Shown: positions 25,557 to 34,916 of the stretch, in pieces
How the letters are laid out: each line of letters begins with the position of its first letter
How positions within the stretch are numbered: position 1 is the first letter of the stretch
Notes under the pieces: model-generated
The model's database searches: none
What the model was told of the DNA's origin: nothing
The model's input: only the letters and a program-made list of their open reading frames with translations
Program-made: the position numbers and the translations under genes
NCBI GenBank assembly: GCA_020052735.1
Contig: JAGVON010000067.1
Span: forward strand, 1-37,730
Source of the DNA: an archaeon
Lineage (GTDB): Archaea > Micrarchaeota > Micrarchaeia > Anstonellales > Bilamarchaeaceae
DNA: 37,730 nt
Direction of reading: 5' to 3'

Positions 25557-26564
25557 ATGGCTGCGGAGGATTTGTTCCACTGGGCGTTTGCGGGCTGGGG
25601 AGCCGGCGGGTTCTGGTTCGTAAACTGCATACTTGCGATACTCATAACCGCGGTGGTGATGGGGACCATCTACATAATCTCATACGCCTTCAACATGGGC
25701 GGGCTGAAAAGGTTCGCGGTGTCGGAGTTCTACCAGCTTGCGGCGACGGCGGTGCTGGTCATTTTCCTGGTCGTGATAGTTGAGAACGGGCAGGAGTTTT
25801 TCCTTTCCAGGTACCCCGGCGGGATAATCTGCCAGGGCGCGGTGGTGCACAACACCGTGGAGGCTGCGATGTGCCGCACCGAGGAGCGGCTCACGTATTT
25901 CAGCAACGCGTTCAATAGCATACGGGACAGCAGCGACCTCGCGGACAAGGAGCTCAGGTACTATTCATCCATGTCGCTGTTCGGCATAATATTCTGGCAG
26001 GGGAACTTTGACGCCAGCCTGCACAAGTACGTGGAGACGCAGCACGCGATAGCGTACAAGCTGGTTTCGCTGATGATTTCGCTCAACAGCCAGGTTTTCG
26101 TGCTTAAATACATATTGGAGAACATGCTGGTGTTCTTCCTTCCGCTTGGGATAGTGCTCAGGACCCTGCATTTCACGCGCGGCATAGGCGGTTTCTTCAT
26201 CGCGCTCGCGGTTTCCTTGTATTTCATCTATCCGGGCATGCTCTTCATAATGGACGCGTCATACGGCCCCGCCGCGCCGGAGATGCCGTCCTCAATATCA
26301 AACCGCGCGGACTTCTGCAACATACCTATATTCTCGGGGATGTCGCTGGGGGCGGCCACGCCAGAGGGGCAGAGCACGAGGAGCGCGGCGTCAATATCCG
26401 TAAGCACCTCCAACCTTGCGTCGTTCATGTCGCAGGTTTTCGTGAAGCTGTTTTACGACAATATGGTTGCGCTTTCAATAGCGGTCGTGGCAATGAGGTA
26501 CATGACCATGCTGCTCGGTGGGGACAGCAGCGTGTTCCTGCAGATGATGGGGAGGTGGGTGTGA
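25557..26564 (+). CDS. Polytopic membrane protein, paralog F
   Basis: Its ATG directly abuts the TGA of E. The core motif is LPLGIVLRTLHFTRGIGG (26139-26192). The tail is LGGDSSVFLQMMGRWV. Confidence 0.8.
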   Translation: MAAEDLFHWAFAGWGAGGFWFVNCILAILITAVVMGTIYIISYAFNMGGLKRFAVSEFYQLAATAVLVIFLVVIVENGQEFFLSRYPGGIICQGAVVHNTVEAAMCRTEERLTYFSNAFNSIRDSSDLADKELRYYSSMSLFGIIFWQGNFDASLHKYVETQHAIAYKLVSLMISLNSQVFVLKYILENMLVFFLPLGIVLRTLHFTRGIGGFFIALAVSLYFIYPGMLFIMDASYGPAAPEMPSSISNRADFCNIPIFSGMSLGAATPEGQSTRSAASISVSTSNLASFMSQVFVKLFYDNMVALSIAVVAMRYMTMLLGGDSSVFLQMMGRWV

Positions 26565-29500
26565 TGAAGGGCATTTTCTTTGTCTTGGCTTTCGCTTTCG
26601 TGATGGGGGCGCTCGTGCTTCCGGGCTGCGTGGCGCCGCAGCCGTCGTTCAGCAACTGCTGCATGTATGCAAACGCGAGCGAGGACGGGCGCTGCATAAC
26701 CGCAGACCGCACGGAATACGAAATAGCCGGAGAAGGGTGCGACCTCCTCAACATGGCATGCAACGTCACTCTCGGGGAGGGGGATGAGGCGCACGACGAG
26801 CTCCTGCCCATCTGCCCGAAGTCCGAGCTGCTGAAGTGCAACAGCAGCTGCGTAGGGATGTTCTGCGGCTCCTTTGAGTTTGACCCCAGGCCGCCGATAT
26901 CGCTTGACGCGGAGGACATGAACGATTCCCGCGACACCGGGGATGCGGACACGGGCCAGTTCGGGGGGACTGACAGGGGCGGGGCGAAGGGATTGTACAA
27001 CGGGGAATGCAAGTTCCTGAACATGAGCCCGGCCACCCTGCGCGCCACCGCCAACACGAACGGGGGCTTCGCGCTCAACAGCTTCAGGTTCGGCGTCGGA
27101 GATTCGTTCGCGGATTTTGACGAGGCGAGCATGTACTACCCGCTGACGGACTTCGCATGCAAGATAAACCTGCTCGGCACCACGGACAGGTATGCGAACT
27201 ACGCGATACCGAACGTGCTCGTATCCGGGAAGATATGCAGCCCTCCGAGCCCGGGGGACAACAAGTGGATGTGCATACCCTCCACTTCTCCTGGAGAGGA
27301 GCCCATCTGGGCATATTCCTATTTTGACTGCGCGACGAAGTGCCTGCTCCAGTGGCAGGGCGATTATGCGGGGATAGACCCGGACAGCGCTTACCTCACG
27401 GAGAGGAACGGGCAGGCGCTGGGGAACCCGTTTGCCTACGGGGCAGCCGCGGCATCGCCCTGGGGGCCGCTGATAAACGACAAGGACTACAAGAGCGCCG
27501 TGGTGGAAAGCTCGTTCTACGACGGATATCCGCTCGGCTATAATTATTATGGCGCGGATTTTGAGAGGGACGACCGCCAGCTGGGCCCGGACAGGGGAGG
27601 GATAGATGGGCTGCTCGCGGAGCAGGGAAGCGGGGAATTTATTGTGCAGGGCGATGTGATGGACTATTATGCGGGCGCGGAGGCGGATTTGCCTGTCATG
27701 GAGTGGGACAGCCTGCTTGAGAATTTCGTTACCGTGGAGAGGGAGCCGCACAGGATGTACAACTTCCTGCTCACTTACCATTCAGTCTATTCAAGGCAAT
27801 TCCAGGACGGGCACTACCTGGCGGACGGCTCCTGGGCGAATGGGGCGGAGTTTGAGTGCACGCTTGAGAACAACGGCTGCCTCTCGGGCTACTGCAACAT
27901 ATTTGACTACTCGCGCGGTGTTTGCCAGAACATGGACGACCTGGCGAAGGATGCTAACTGCGACTGCATGTATGATTTCAACGAGGGGGGCGTAGTGTGC
28001 ACCGGAAAGAAATTGCTGAATTCCGCTTCCTGGGACAGGTACGGGGATGCCACCTCCAACATAGAAGTGGCGACCACCCTTGCGGCGCCGATAGACCGGA
28101 TAGGGGACTCGCCCTTCACGCACACCTCCATGCCTTCCAAGGGGAGGATTGTGAAATTCAACCTGGACAACCCGGACTACATAAGCGGCATAGCCGAGGC
28201 GGACCGGAACGACATAGAGAGGCCCTTCCTCGTAATATTCCTTGGCGGCGAGGACACCGTGCCGCAATATACGGTCCGCACAGGGGAAGGGGGCACATCA
28301 TACGGGGACATGGCGGGTGAGGACGTGAGGTGGGACACCCTCACGATACCGCAGGTGCTCTCAAGGGAGAAGTGGGACGGGTGCGGCGGCGACTGCGGGA
28401 AATTCTACACCACGTTCGTGGACCAGTGCGTGCCCACTTATGAGGAAAACCCGGGGTTCTATGCGGACAGCTTCAGCGTGTGCTATGCCGGGGATAACCC
28501 GAGGACCGGATGGCGCGGCATGTACCTGGACACGGACGGGACAATCAAGGACGAAAATTGGAACTGCCAGGGGCTTGAGCTCTTCAACAGGCAACACGTG
28601 GACGGGAAGGGTGACGGCAGGTCGTGGCAGGTGTATTGCTACGCGCGGGACGAGGACGGGAACTGCGAGGCGTATTCTGTTTCCGCGCTCGTGATAAGGG
28701 GAAAGGACGTCATTTACACGGACGCGGATGGGAACGAGGCGGAGGGGCAGGCGTTCGGGAAGTGCCTGCTGGACGGGAATGGGAACCTCCTCACAAAGAC
28801 GTATGGCTACTGCGAACAGTGCGGCTACCTGACCATGGCGAAGGACAGCGTGGTCGCCCTGCCCGAGGAAAAGGACGACCCGGGATACGAGGCGCTGCGC
28901 GGAAGCGGCGGGAGCGCGCAGCGGAAGGACAATAAGTATTGCCCCTCGCTCATGATAAGCACCATTTATTCGCCTGCCGCCTCTTCGTCCATAGAAAGCG
29001 CGCCCCCTCCGCTCGTGGAATGGGAAGGGGAGGGCGTGCATCCTTCAAGCGATGATGAGGATGATTCGTACTACAGGAGCCAGTGCACGATGCCGGACGG
29101 TAGCGAAGTCGGGATGGAAGAGGCATGGCCGGACTACCTTCCGAATGCGTATTACCTGAAGTCAAAGCTGCAGGATTACCTTCAAAGGAACATAATGCCC
29201 GTGCTGTTTGCGGACGACGATGGGCTGTATCGGGCGAGGACTTCGGACAGCGAGCCGTACAAGGACAAGCCCGTGCTGCAAATCGGATTCACAGACCATT
29301 ATGAGGAGATACAGGCGGCCACGACCACTCATCCGCTGCTTGCCGAGATGTGGAGCCGAAATCCGTCCACTTCATATTTTGACAAATACGCGCAGGCAGG
29401 GGACCAGCCGTATGCGTACAGCACGCAGGGAACATATCTTGCGGATTCGGTGATGGACCTGGGCGCCGGGATAATAGTTGTGAAGAACCTGAGCGCCGAT

Positions 29501-30799
29501 TTTGTGGAGGGCTCTGGCATCACTACCGGGCTGGGGTGGAGGTCCGGTTCGGTGAGGGCAATGTGCCCCAATTGCATGGTCGCGGTGGCGGCAGGCTACG
29601 ACGAGGGGAAGGGCTCGCATGAGGAGAAGATGCGGCTGGTTTCACGGCTCTTCGGGTACGGCATGAGATATGGGTCAGGGGAGCCGCTCTGGGAGGACTA
29701 CTCATACAACATGTCCTGCGCAAACGGGGAGGTCCCGTGCCTGTATGAGCGCCTGGATTATGCGGACGTGATTGCGGTGGACTGGACGCTGGGGGGGAGG
29801 AACTCCCACTGCGACATTGAAGGCCAGGACGAAAGGTTCGCCGCGATACTGGCGGACGAGATGGAGTTCGGCTCAAAGATGCTCAGCAGGTTCGGGAAGC
29901 CGCTTGTGGTTACGGACCTCACCATAATACGGCGCGAGGGTGCGATTTATGACGAGGGGGTTAGGGACTGCTGGGACGAGGAGAGCGCGGCGAGGTTCGT
30001 TGGATACCTCGGCCAGCATACGGAAGACCTGATAAGGAGCGGCCATATCGGCATCATTTATGGGGATTGGAGCTATGGGCATTCAAGTGGCACCTCCGGC
30101 CCCACATACATAAGGACGCAGGAGAGCATAGCCGGAGGGAGCGTGGGCGGATACAGGGGCCCGCTCTACGAAGGCACCCTGTTCGCCGCAAGGGACTTCT
30201 CGGGATACGGCAGGATGATTTCATTGATAGAGGTGCCTGTGAAGGAGAGCTGCGCCTGCGTGCCATGCACATCCACGGACCCGGCGGAGATATGCAACGG
30301 CCAGTACGCGGGGAGCGGGGCGCTGTGCGAATGGGAGGGCGCGCGCGTGATGGTCAAGTGGCCAGACGACTGCATAACCGGGGATGCGTGCATGCCCGAG
30401 GGCGAGATTGCGGGATACTTCATGGACTGCACGATAGTGGCGGGCGGGCAGGAAACCTCGTTCAGCGCGGATGGTGCCGATGTCGCGGCTAACCCCGAGC
30501 TTTACAAACAGATGATAGCGTCCATAAGCAACACGGTGGAAAGGCCGTGCTTCATGGGAAAGACATACGGAAAAACAGAGATAACGCGGTTCCTCTCCCA
30601 CCCCGTGCTGTTCAGGACGGACGGGAACCTGAGCTATACATGCAACCCGCTTTCCGCGGCAGAGGGGGCGCTTTGCGGCCCCACGCCCAGCCTGGACCTA
30701 GGGCAGATGGACTGCACGCTGAGGCCGAAGATGGGCGGCATTGTTCCCGGGGGCGGCATTCCGTTCCCTGACCTGCCCAGCGGGCCGATAGGAGGATAA
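26564..30799 (+). CDS. Giant (about 1411 aa) Cys-rich secreted or lipoprotein-like protein, unknown family
   Basis: The ATG at 26564 shares one base with the TGA of F (TGATG); the track lists an upstream GTG at 26555. The signal peptide MKGIFFVLAFAFVMGALVLPGC has a lipobox-like Cys. I counted about 50 Cys by eye. There are many N-x-S/T sequons and no further TM helix. Confidence 0.8.
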   Translation: MKGIFFVLAFAFVMGALVLPGCVAPQPSFSNCCMYANASEDGRCITADRTEYEIAGEGCDLLNMACNVTLGEGDEAHDELLPICPKSELLKCNSSCVGMFCGSFEFDPRPPISLDAEDMNDSRDTGDADTGQFGGTDRGGAKGLYNGECKFLNMSPATLRATANTNGGFALNSFRFGVGDSFADFDEASMYYPLTDFACKINLLGTTDRYANYAIPNVLVSGKICSPPSPGDNKWMCIPSTSPGEEPIWAYSYFDCATKCLLQWQGDYAGIDPDSAYLTERNGQALGNPFAYGAAAASPWGPLINDKDYKSAVVESSFYDGYPLGYNYYGADFERDDRQLGPDRGGIDGLLAEQGSGEFIVQGDVMDYYAGAEADLPVMEWDSLLENFVTVEREPHRMYNFLLTYHSVYSRQFQDGHYLADGSWANGAEFECTLENNGCLSGYCNIFDYSRGVCQNMDDLAKDANCDCMYDFNEGGVVCTGKKLLNSASWDRYGDATSNIEVATTLAAPIDRIGDSPFTHTSMPSKGRIVKFNLDNPDYISGIAEADRNDIERPFLVIFLGGEDTVPQYTVRTGEGGTSYGDMAGEDVRWDTLTIPQVLSREKWDGCGGDCGKFYTTFVDQCVPTYEENPGFYADSFSVCYAGDNPRTGWRGMYLDTDGTIKDENWNCQGLELFNRQHVDGKGDGRSWQVYCYARDEDGNCEAYSVSALVIRGKDVIYTDADGNEAEGQAFGKCLLDGNGNLLTKTYGYCEQCGYLTMAKDSVVALPEEKDDPGYEALRGSGGSAQRKDNKYCPSLMISTIYSPAASSSIESAPPPLVEWEGEGVHPSSDDEDDSYYRSQCTMPDGSEVGMEEAWPDYLPNAYYLKSKLQDYLQRNIMPVLFADDDGLYRARTSDSEPYKDKPVLQIGFTDHYEEIQAATTTHPLLAEMWSRNPSTSYFDKYAQAGDQPYAYSTQGTYLADSVMDLGAGIIVVKNLSADFVEGSGITTGLGWRSGSVRAMCPNCMVAVAAGYDEGKGSHEEKMRLVSRLFGYGMRYGSGEPLWEDYSYNMSCANGEVPCLYERLDYADVIAVDWTLGGRNSHCDIEGQDERFAAILADEMEFGSKMLSRFGKPLVVTDLTIIRREGAIYDEGVRDCWDEESAARFVGYLGQHTEDLIRSGHIGIIYGDWSYGHSSGTSGPTYIRTQESIAGGSVGGYRGPLYEGTLFAARDFSGYGRMISLIEVPVKESCACVPCTSTDPAEICNGQYAGSGALCEWEGARVMVKWPDDCITGDACMPEGEIAGYFMDCTIVAGGQETSFSADGADVAANPELYKQMIASISNTVERPCFMGKTYGKTEITRFLSHPVLFRTDGNLSYTCNPLSAAEGALCGPTPSLDLGQMDCTLRPKMGGIVPGGGIPFPDLPSGPIGG

Positions 30800-30800
30800 A

Positions 30801-30807
30801 ATTTAAA
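30801..30807 (+). promoter_or_regulatory. Candidate internal TATA box ahead of the last large gene
   Basis: ATTTAAA lies in the only real spacer of the operon (32 nt), centred about 28 nt upstream of the ATG at 30832. Confidence 0.3.
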
Positions 30808-30831
30808 GGTGAGCATATCCATAACGAATAC

Positions 30832-33800
30832 ATGAGGAAGGGTTTGCCAGCCGTGGTTATTCTGGTTGCGGCAATCCTTTCCATGGTTCCGGGCATCGTT
30901 TGGGGGGAATATGGAGGAGGCCCTGCGCCCGGCATCTCAAATCCGCTCATCCGCGTGGACATAACGGGGGTGCATGTGATAAGCCCGCAGGAGGTCTGCC
31001 CTTCGTGCAGCATATTCACTACGCAGCCTTTTATGGCGCCGTCCATAAACGAGGAAGAGGAAACCGTCTCCGTGAGCATGGGGGTCATAGATGCGGGCGG
31101 CCTGAGCCCGGTGGAGGGCGCCACGATTTTCGCATATGTGCAGAGGCAGGATGGGAGCAATGCGCAGGCACCCTGCAGGGTATACACCAATGAGAACGGG
31201 AGCGCAAAAATCAGCTACAACCCGGAGGAATGCCGGGATGGGTGCACGACGAAGTTCTTCTTCTGCTGCGCAGACCCGGTCGCGCTGGCATGCGTGCTGG
31301 AGCCGTGCCTCGGCCAGCCGGTTGCCGCATACACGGACATACCCGCATGCGCCGGATACGGTGGGGAATGGCCATCCCCTGCAACCATAGATGGGGAGGA
31401 GGTACAGCTATATCCCACGCTTGAGACTGCATTCATCCCGCCCCAGACGGTGCTGCCGGAATTTGACTACACGTTCACCTTATGCTTCCCGCTGCTGGTG
31501 ATATTCGGGTTCCTGGGGGCTGCGATGTACGCTTCGGGGAGGGACCCGTTCGCGATGTTTTCATTCTATACCCCCAGGTTCACGAGGGGGGCCGAGAGGC
31601 CGATACAGGGAAGGGGATACACCATACCCGGCTCCTCAATAATAAACGTCGCGATGAAGGCGACCGACCTTGCGACCGGTAAGACAACCGCGAAGGAGAT
31701 GTTCACCAGTTCCATGGAGCAGAGCTCCATGATAGCGAAAACAAAGGGCGCCACGGGCGAGCTTGGCTCAGGCACGGGCAGCAGGGCTGCGGCTGGCAGG
31801 GCAGGCGCTGCGGCAGAAGAAACCAGCAGGACCTCCGCAGACCGCATGGCGGCGGGAGGAGGTTCCGGTGCGGTGCTGGGCATGAGCCTCGGGGTGTCAG
31901 AACAGATGATGCGCCCCGGCGCGGCTGGGGTCGGGGTGGGGACCGCGCTTCTTGCGCTGCTGGGGATAATGCTTAGGTTCTCAAACGCTCCCTGGCTTAC
32001 GGGCGGGCTGGCCCAGAAATTGATCGGCATTGCTGAAGCGTGGCAGGCGGAACGCGTCGCGAGCTATGCGCAGACTTATGCGGCGCCAATATCCTCAACC
32101 GTTCAGACGCAGTTTGACTCCGAGGGATATGTGGCAAAACTCACTTACAGGGACCCGCAAAGCGGCCAAACGATTGTTGTGGAGGGGCGGGAGGCATGCG
32201 CAGCGTTCATAGATTCCGTTACGACGGGCCTGTATTTATCCTCCCAGGCAGGAAGCAATGCTGCAACCGAACTCATGAGCAACTTCAACGAAAGGATTGC
32301 AAACCTCCAGCACCCCACAGCAGGGGCGAGGGAGCTGCTCAGGGTGGAAGTGGTCAGGGCTGAGGGGCCTGCCGAGGTCCTGGATGCACTGGGAACCCTG
32401 GCTGACCTGAACTCCTCGGCTGCAAAGAGGCGCGAGGCGCTGGAGATTGTCGCCGGCTCCGACCAGGTTTCGGAAGATGTGAAGATAGCCGCCTTCGTTG
32501 CAGCCACGGAAGGCATGACGTACCACCAGTTTGCGCAGTTCGTTGGCGCGGAAGGAACGGCCGCGAACAGGATATTTTTGGAGCTCGTCTCCAACTCCGC
32601 GGCGCTCAATGAGAGGCTGGACGGGAAGATTGACGGGAACATGCTTGGGGCGCTTGGGGCCGCCGCGGAGCGGCTTGAGCAGCTTAACGGAAGCAGGAGG
32701 GAGGGGCAGGCGGACAGCCTGGGCTTGGGCACGAGTGTCGTTGCAATAAGAAGCGGCATTGGTGAATGCCACGGGGATGCGGATACGTTCGTATTCAGGC
32801 AGGGCACCGAGGAGGCCGCCGCGAAGATGGCTGCTATGGGATTGTCCGGTGCTGCGCTGGACACGCGCATAAGTTTTGATGAAATAGGGGGGCAGCGGGT
32901 TGTTCTCGGCCACATACAGGATGACGAAGTGCGCGCGGAGATTGAAGCAGCCACGGACAGCGAGGGAAATATAGACATATCAAAGCTAAGCGGAAAGGCG
33001 AGAAGCGAGTTGGGAGACGTGATTAACTACCAGCTCAGGGAGGCGGTGGTCAGCGAGTACAATACAGCATATTCCGTGCAGCAGGAGGCGGATTTCAAGA
33101 ACGGGGATTCGGACGAAGCGAAGGCGGTGAGGGCCTTCCAGGATGCGCTGGGGAACTACGAGGCGGCTTCGCAAAGCTCCTATTCCCTTATTGACAGGTA
33201 CGTGACCGGGCCTGCTATGGCTGAGGTTGGCGGGTTGCTGGATAGCAATCCGAATCCTGTGGATAGCCAAGGAAGGTTGACAACGATGGTGCTGCCCGAG
33301 CACCTTGCAGCGGATGACGTGAAGAGGATAATGCAGGACCATGGCGTGGACCCGGAGCTGGCCAGCATAGTCGCAGGCATCAGCGGGGCGGAGGCGCAGG
33401 CGAATTTTGCAACCGGGCTTCGCGAGGGGCTGGGGTCGCTGACGATGGGGCCCGCGGAGTTTCACGGGCAGAATGCAGACAAAGCATATGGCGACATTGG
33501 CGAAGTGGACCGCCAATTGGCAGAATTCAATGCCGCTGTGCAGACGCTCCAAAACCCGGATGCAACTGCAGAAGCGAAAGAGCAGGCGAGGGGCATCGTG
33601 GCTGCGGGCGCATTGATTGTGGCGGACCACGTGCCGGATGATATGGGCAATCTAATCCCGGTAACACTGTGGGAGCATGTGCAGGGGGAGGCAAGCCGCA
33701 TCATGGGCGACCAGAATGCGAGCCAGGCGGACAAGCAGTGGGCGCAGGAGGTCAGCGGCATAAACCCGGAAACGGCGCTGAGTGACGAAAGGCAGGTGGC

Positions 33801-34908
33801 GGTGCTTTGGCAGGAGTACAACACGCATATGGGGGAGCAAAAGGACGCGCTGAATGCAGAGATGGAATCCAGCAGGAATATGGAAACCATATTTGCGCTT
33901 GGGCCGCCCCTTGACCATCCCCCTTCCAATGAACAGGAAAGGATTGTGGCGCAGGAGAGGGAAAGCGCGCTGCGGGCTGCGGTAGAGCAATACGCAACCT
34001 CGGCGTATTCACAAGCCGAAGCAGGTGTAACGCCAGATATTGGGCAAATAATATTAGGCACCATGTACGGAAACCCGAATGAACGGGAGATGCTGGACGA
34101 GGCGAGGTCAGGCCTGCCCCCTGCTGTTCAGGGACAGCTTGACGTGTTCCTTTCGGATACAGCGTCAGATGAGGAGAAATCATCCGCCTTGACTGTGCTC
34201 GTGCCTGCCTTGGATACTTATTACAGGTATGCCGAAAATCCTGCTGACGACCGGCTAACCGCAGCGGACCGCGGAGATGCCCAGTGGGCGGTGCATACGC
34301 TCCAAAATTCGGAGGACCTTGCGGCAAGGGCGCAGGCAGCGGATGTCCTAAAAGGGCTTAGGGGCGTCTCGGCAGAGGCGCAGCCGGGGATAGATGCGCT
34401 GGTTGCCACGGCGAACGTGCCGCCCTCGCAATTTAGCGAGGAGCAAAAGGCAAGCCTTGGCACAGCAGCACCAGTTGTCCAGGAAAGGCTGGATATATAC
34501 TTTGATACTGTGGGGCTTGACAGGGCAGTTTCGGATCCGGATGGGACCCGGCTCGGGCTGGCAAACGACTATGCCGCAGGCCGCCAGACGGAACTGGAAC
34601 AACTCAGGCAATATGCACTTGATGGCGGCAGTGCTGTGGGCAGGGCCCAGTACGAGAACGCACAAATACAGATTTCCCTCCTTGGGAATGAGGCGATAGA
34701 AAAGTTCTATGCGGATATGAACAGGAACAGGGAAATCGCGGAACAAGCTGCAAAGAGCATATCGGAACACAGGCCCGAGGGCGGAACCGGGGAAGGCGCA
34801 GGCGGCGCCGGAGGGCAGGGAGGCGGCACGGCATACAGCTCGGCCGCAAGAAGGACTTCCGAATCCAGGAGCCAGGGGCAAGTGCCGGATGAGGAGATAC
34901 CTAGGTAG
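30832..34908 (+). CDS. Giant (1358 aa) bitopic or two-TM protein, unknown family
   Basis: It has a signal-like N-terminus (PAVVILVAAILSMVPGIVWG) and a roughly 190-aa Cys-containing ectodomain with a prealbumin/CarboxypepD_reg-like stretch (GATIFAYVQRQDGSNAQAPCRVYTNENGSAKISY). TM helix 1 is LCFPLLVIFGFLGAAMYA. A Ser/Ala/Gly-rich loop follows. TM helix 2 is VGVGTALLALLGIMLRF. About 950 aa of Ala/Glu/Gln-rich, probably helical sequence follows. It ends in a Gly-rich tail. Confidence 0.8.
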   Translation: MRKGLPAVVILVAAILSMVPGIVWGEYGGGPAPGISNPLIRVDITGVHVISPQEVCPSCSIFTTQPFMAPSINEEEETVSVSMGVIDAGGLSPVEGATIFAYVQRQDGSNAQAPCRVYTNENGSAKISYNPEECRDGCTTKFFFCCADPVALACVLEPCLGQPVAAYTDIPACAGYGGEWPSPATIDGEEVQLYPTLETAFIPPQTVLPEFDYTFTLCFPLLVIFGFLGAAMYASGRDPFAMFSFYTPRFTRGAERPIQGRGYTIPGSSIINVAMKATDLATGKTTAKEMFTSSMEQSSMIAKTKGATGELGSGTGSRAAAGRAGAAAEETSRTSADRMAAGGGSGAVLGMSLGVSEQMMRPGAAGVGVGTALLALLGIMLRFSNAPWLTGGLAQKLIGIAEAWQAERVASYAQTYAAPISSTVQTQFDSEGYVAKLTYRDPQSGQTIVVEGREACAAFIDSVTTGLYLSSQAGSNAATELMSNFNERIANLQHPTAGARELLRVEVVRAEGPAEVLDALGTLADLNSSAAKRREALEIVAGSDQVSEDVKIAAFVAATEGMTYHQFAQFVGAEGTAANRIFLELVSNSAALNERLDGKIDGNMLGALGAAAERLEQLNGSRREGQADSLGLGTSVVAIRSGIGECHGDADTFVFRQGTEEAAAKMAAMGLSGAALDTRISFDEIGGQRVVLGHIQDDEVRAEIEAATDSEGNIDISKLSGKARSELGDVINYQLREAVVSEYNTAYSVQQEADFKNGDSDEAKAVRAFQDALGNYEAASQSSYSLIDRYVTGPAMAEVGGLLDSNPNPVDSQGRLTTMVLPEHLAADDVKRIMQDHGVDPELASIVAGISGAEAQANFATGLREGLGSLTMGPAEFHGQNADKAYGDIGEVDRQLAEFNAAVQTLQNPDATAEAKEQARGIVAAGALIVADHVPDDMGNLIPVTLWEHVQGEASRIMGDQNASQADKQWAQEVSGINPETALSDERQVAVLWQEYNTHMGEQKDALNAEMESSRNMETIFALGPPLDHPPSNEQERIVAQERESALRAAVEQYATSAYSQAEAGVTPDIGQIILGTMYGNPNEREMLDEARSGLPPAVQGQLDVFLSDTASDEEKSSALTVLVPALDTYYRYAENPADDRLTAADRGDAQWAVHTLQNSEDLAARAQAADVLKGLRGVSAEAQPGIDALVATANVPPSQFSEEQKASLGTAAPVVQERLDIYFDTVGLDRAVSDPDGTRLGLANDYAAGRQTELEQLRQYALDGGSAVGRAQYENAQIQISLLGNEAIEKFYADMNRNREIAEQAAKSISEHRPEGGTGEGAGGAGGQGGGTAYSSAARRTSESRSQGQVPDEEIPR

Positions 34909-34916
34909 GTCTGTAC

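Noticed and set aside
18888-26564. Assigning the six paralogs to VirB6/TrbL (T4SS) or to type IV pilus/archaellum platform proteins (PilC/FlaJ).
   Set aside because: There is no secretion or assembly ATPase, no prepilin-type (class III) signal peptides and no pilin-like genes in the cluster. The shared motifs do not match signatures I know for those families. This is left as a test, not a call.
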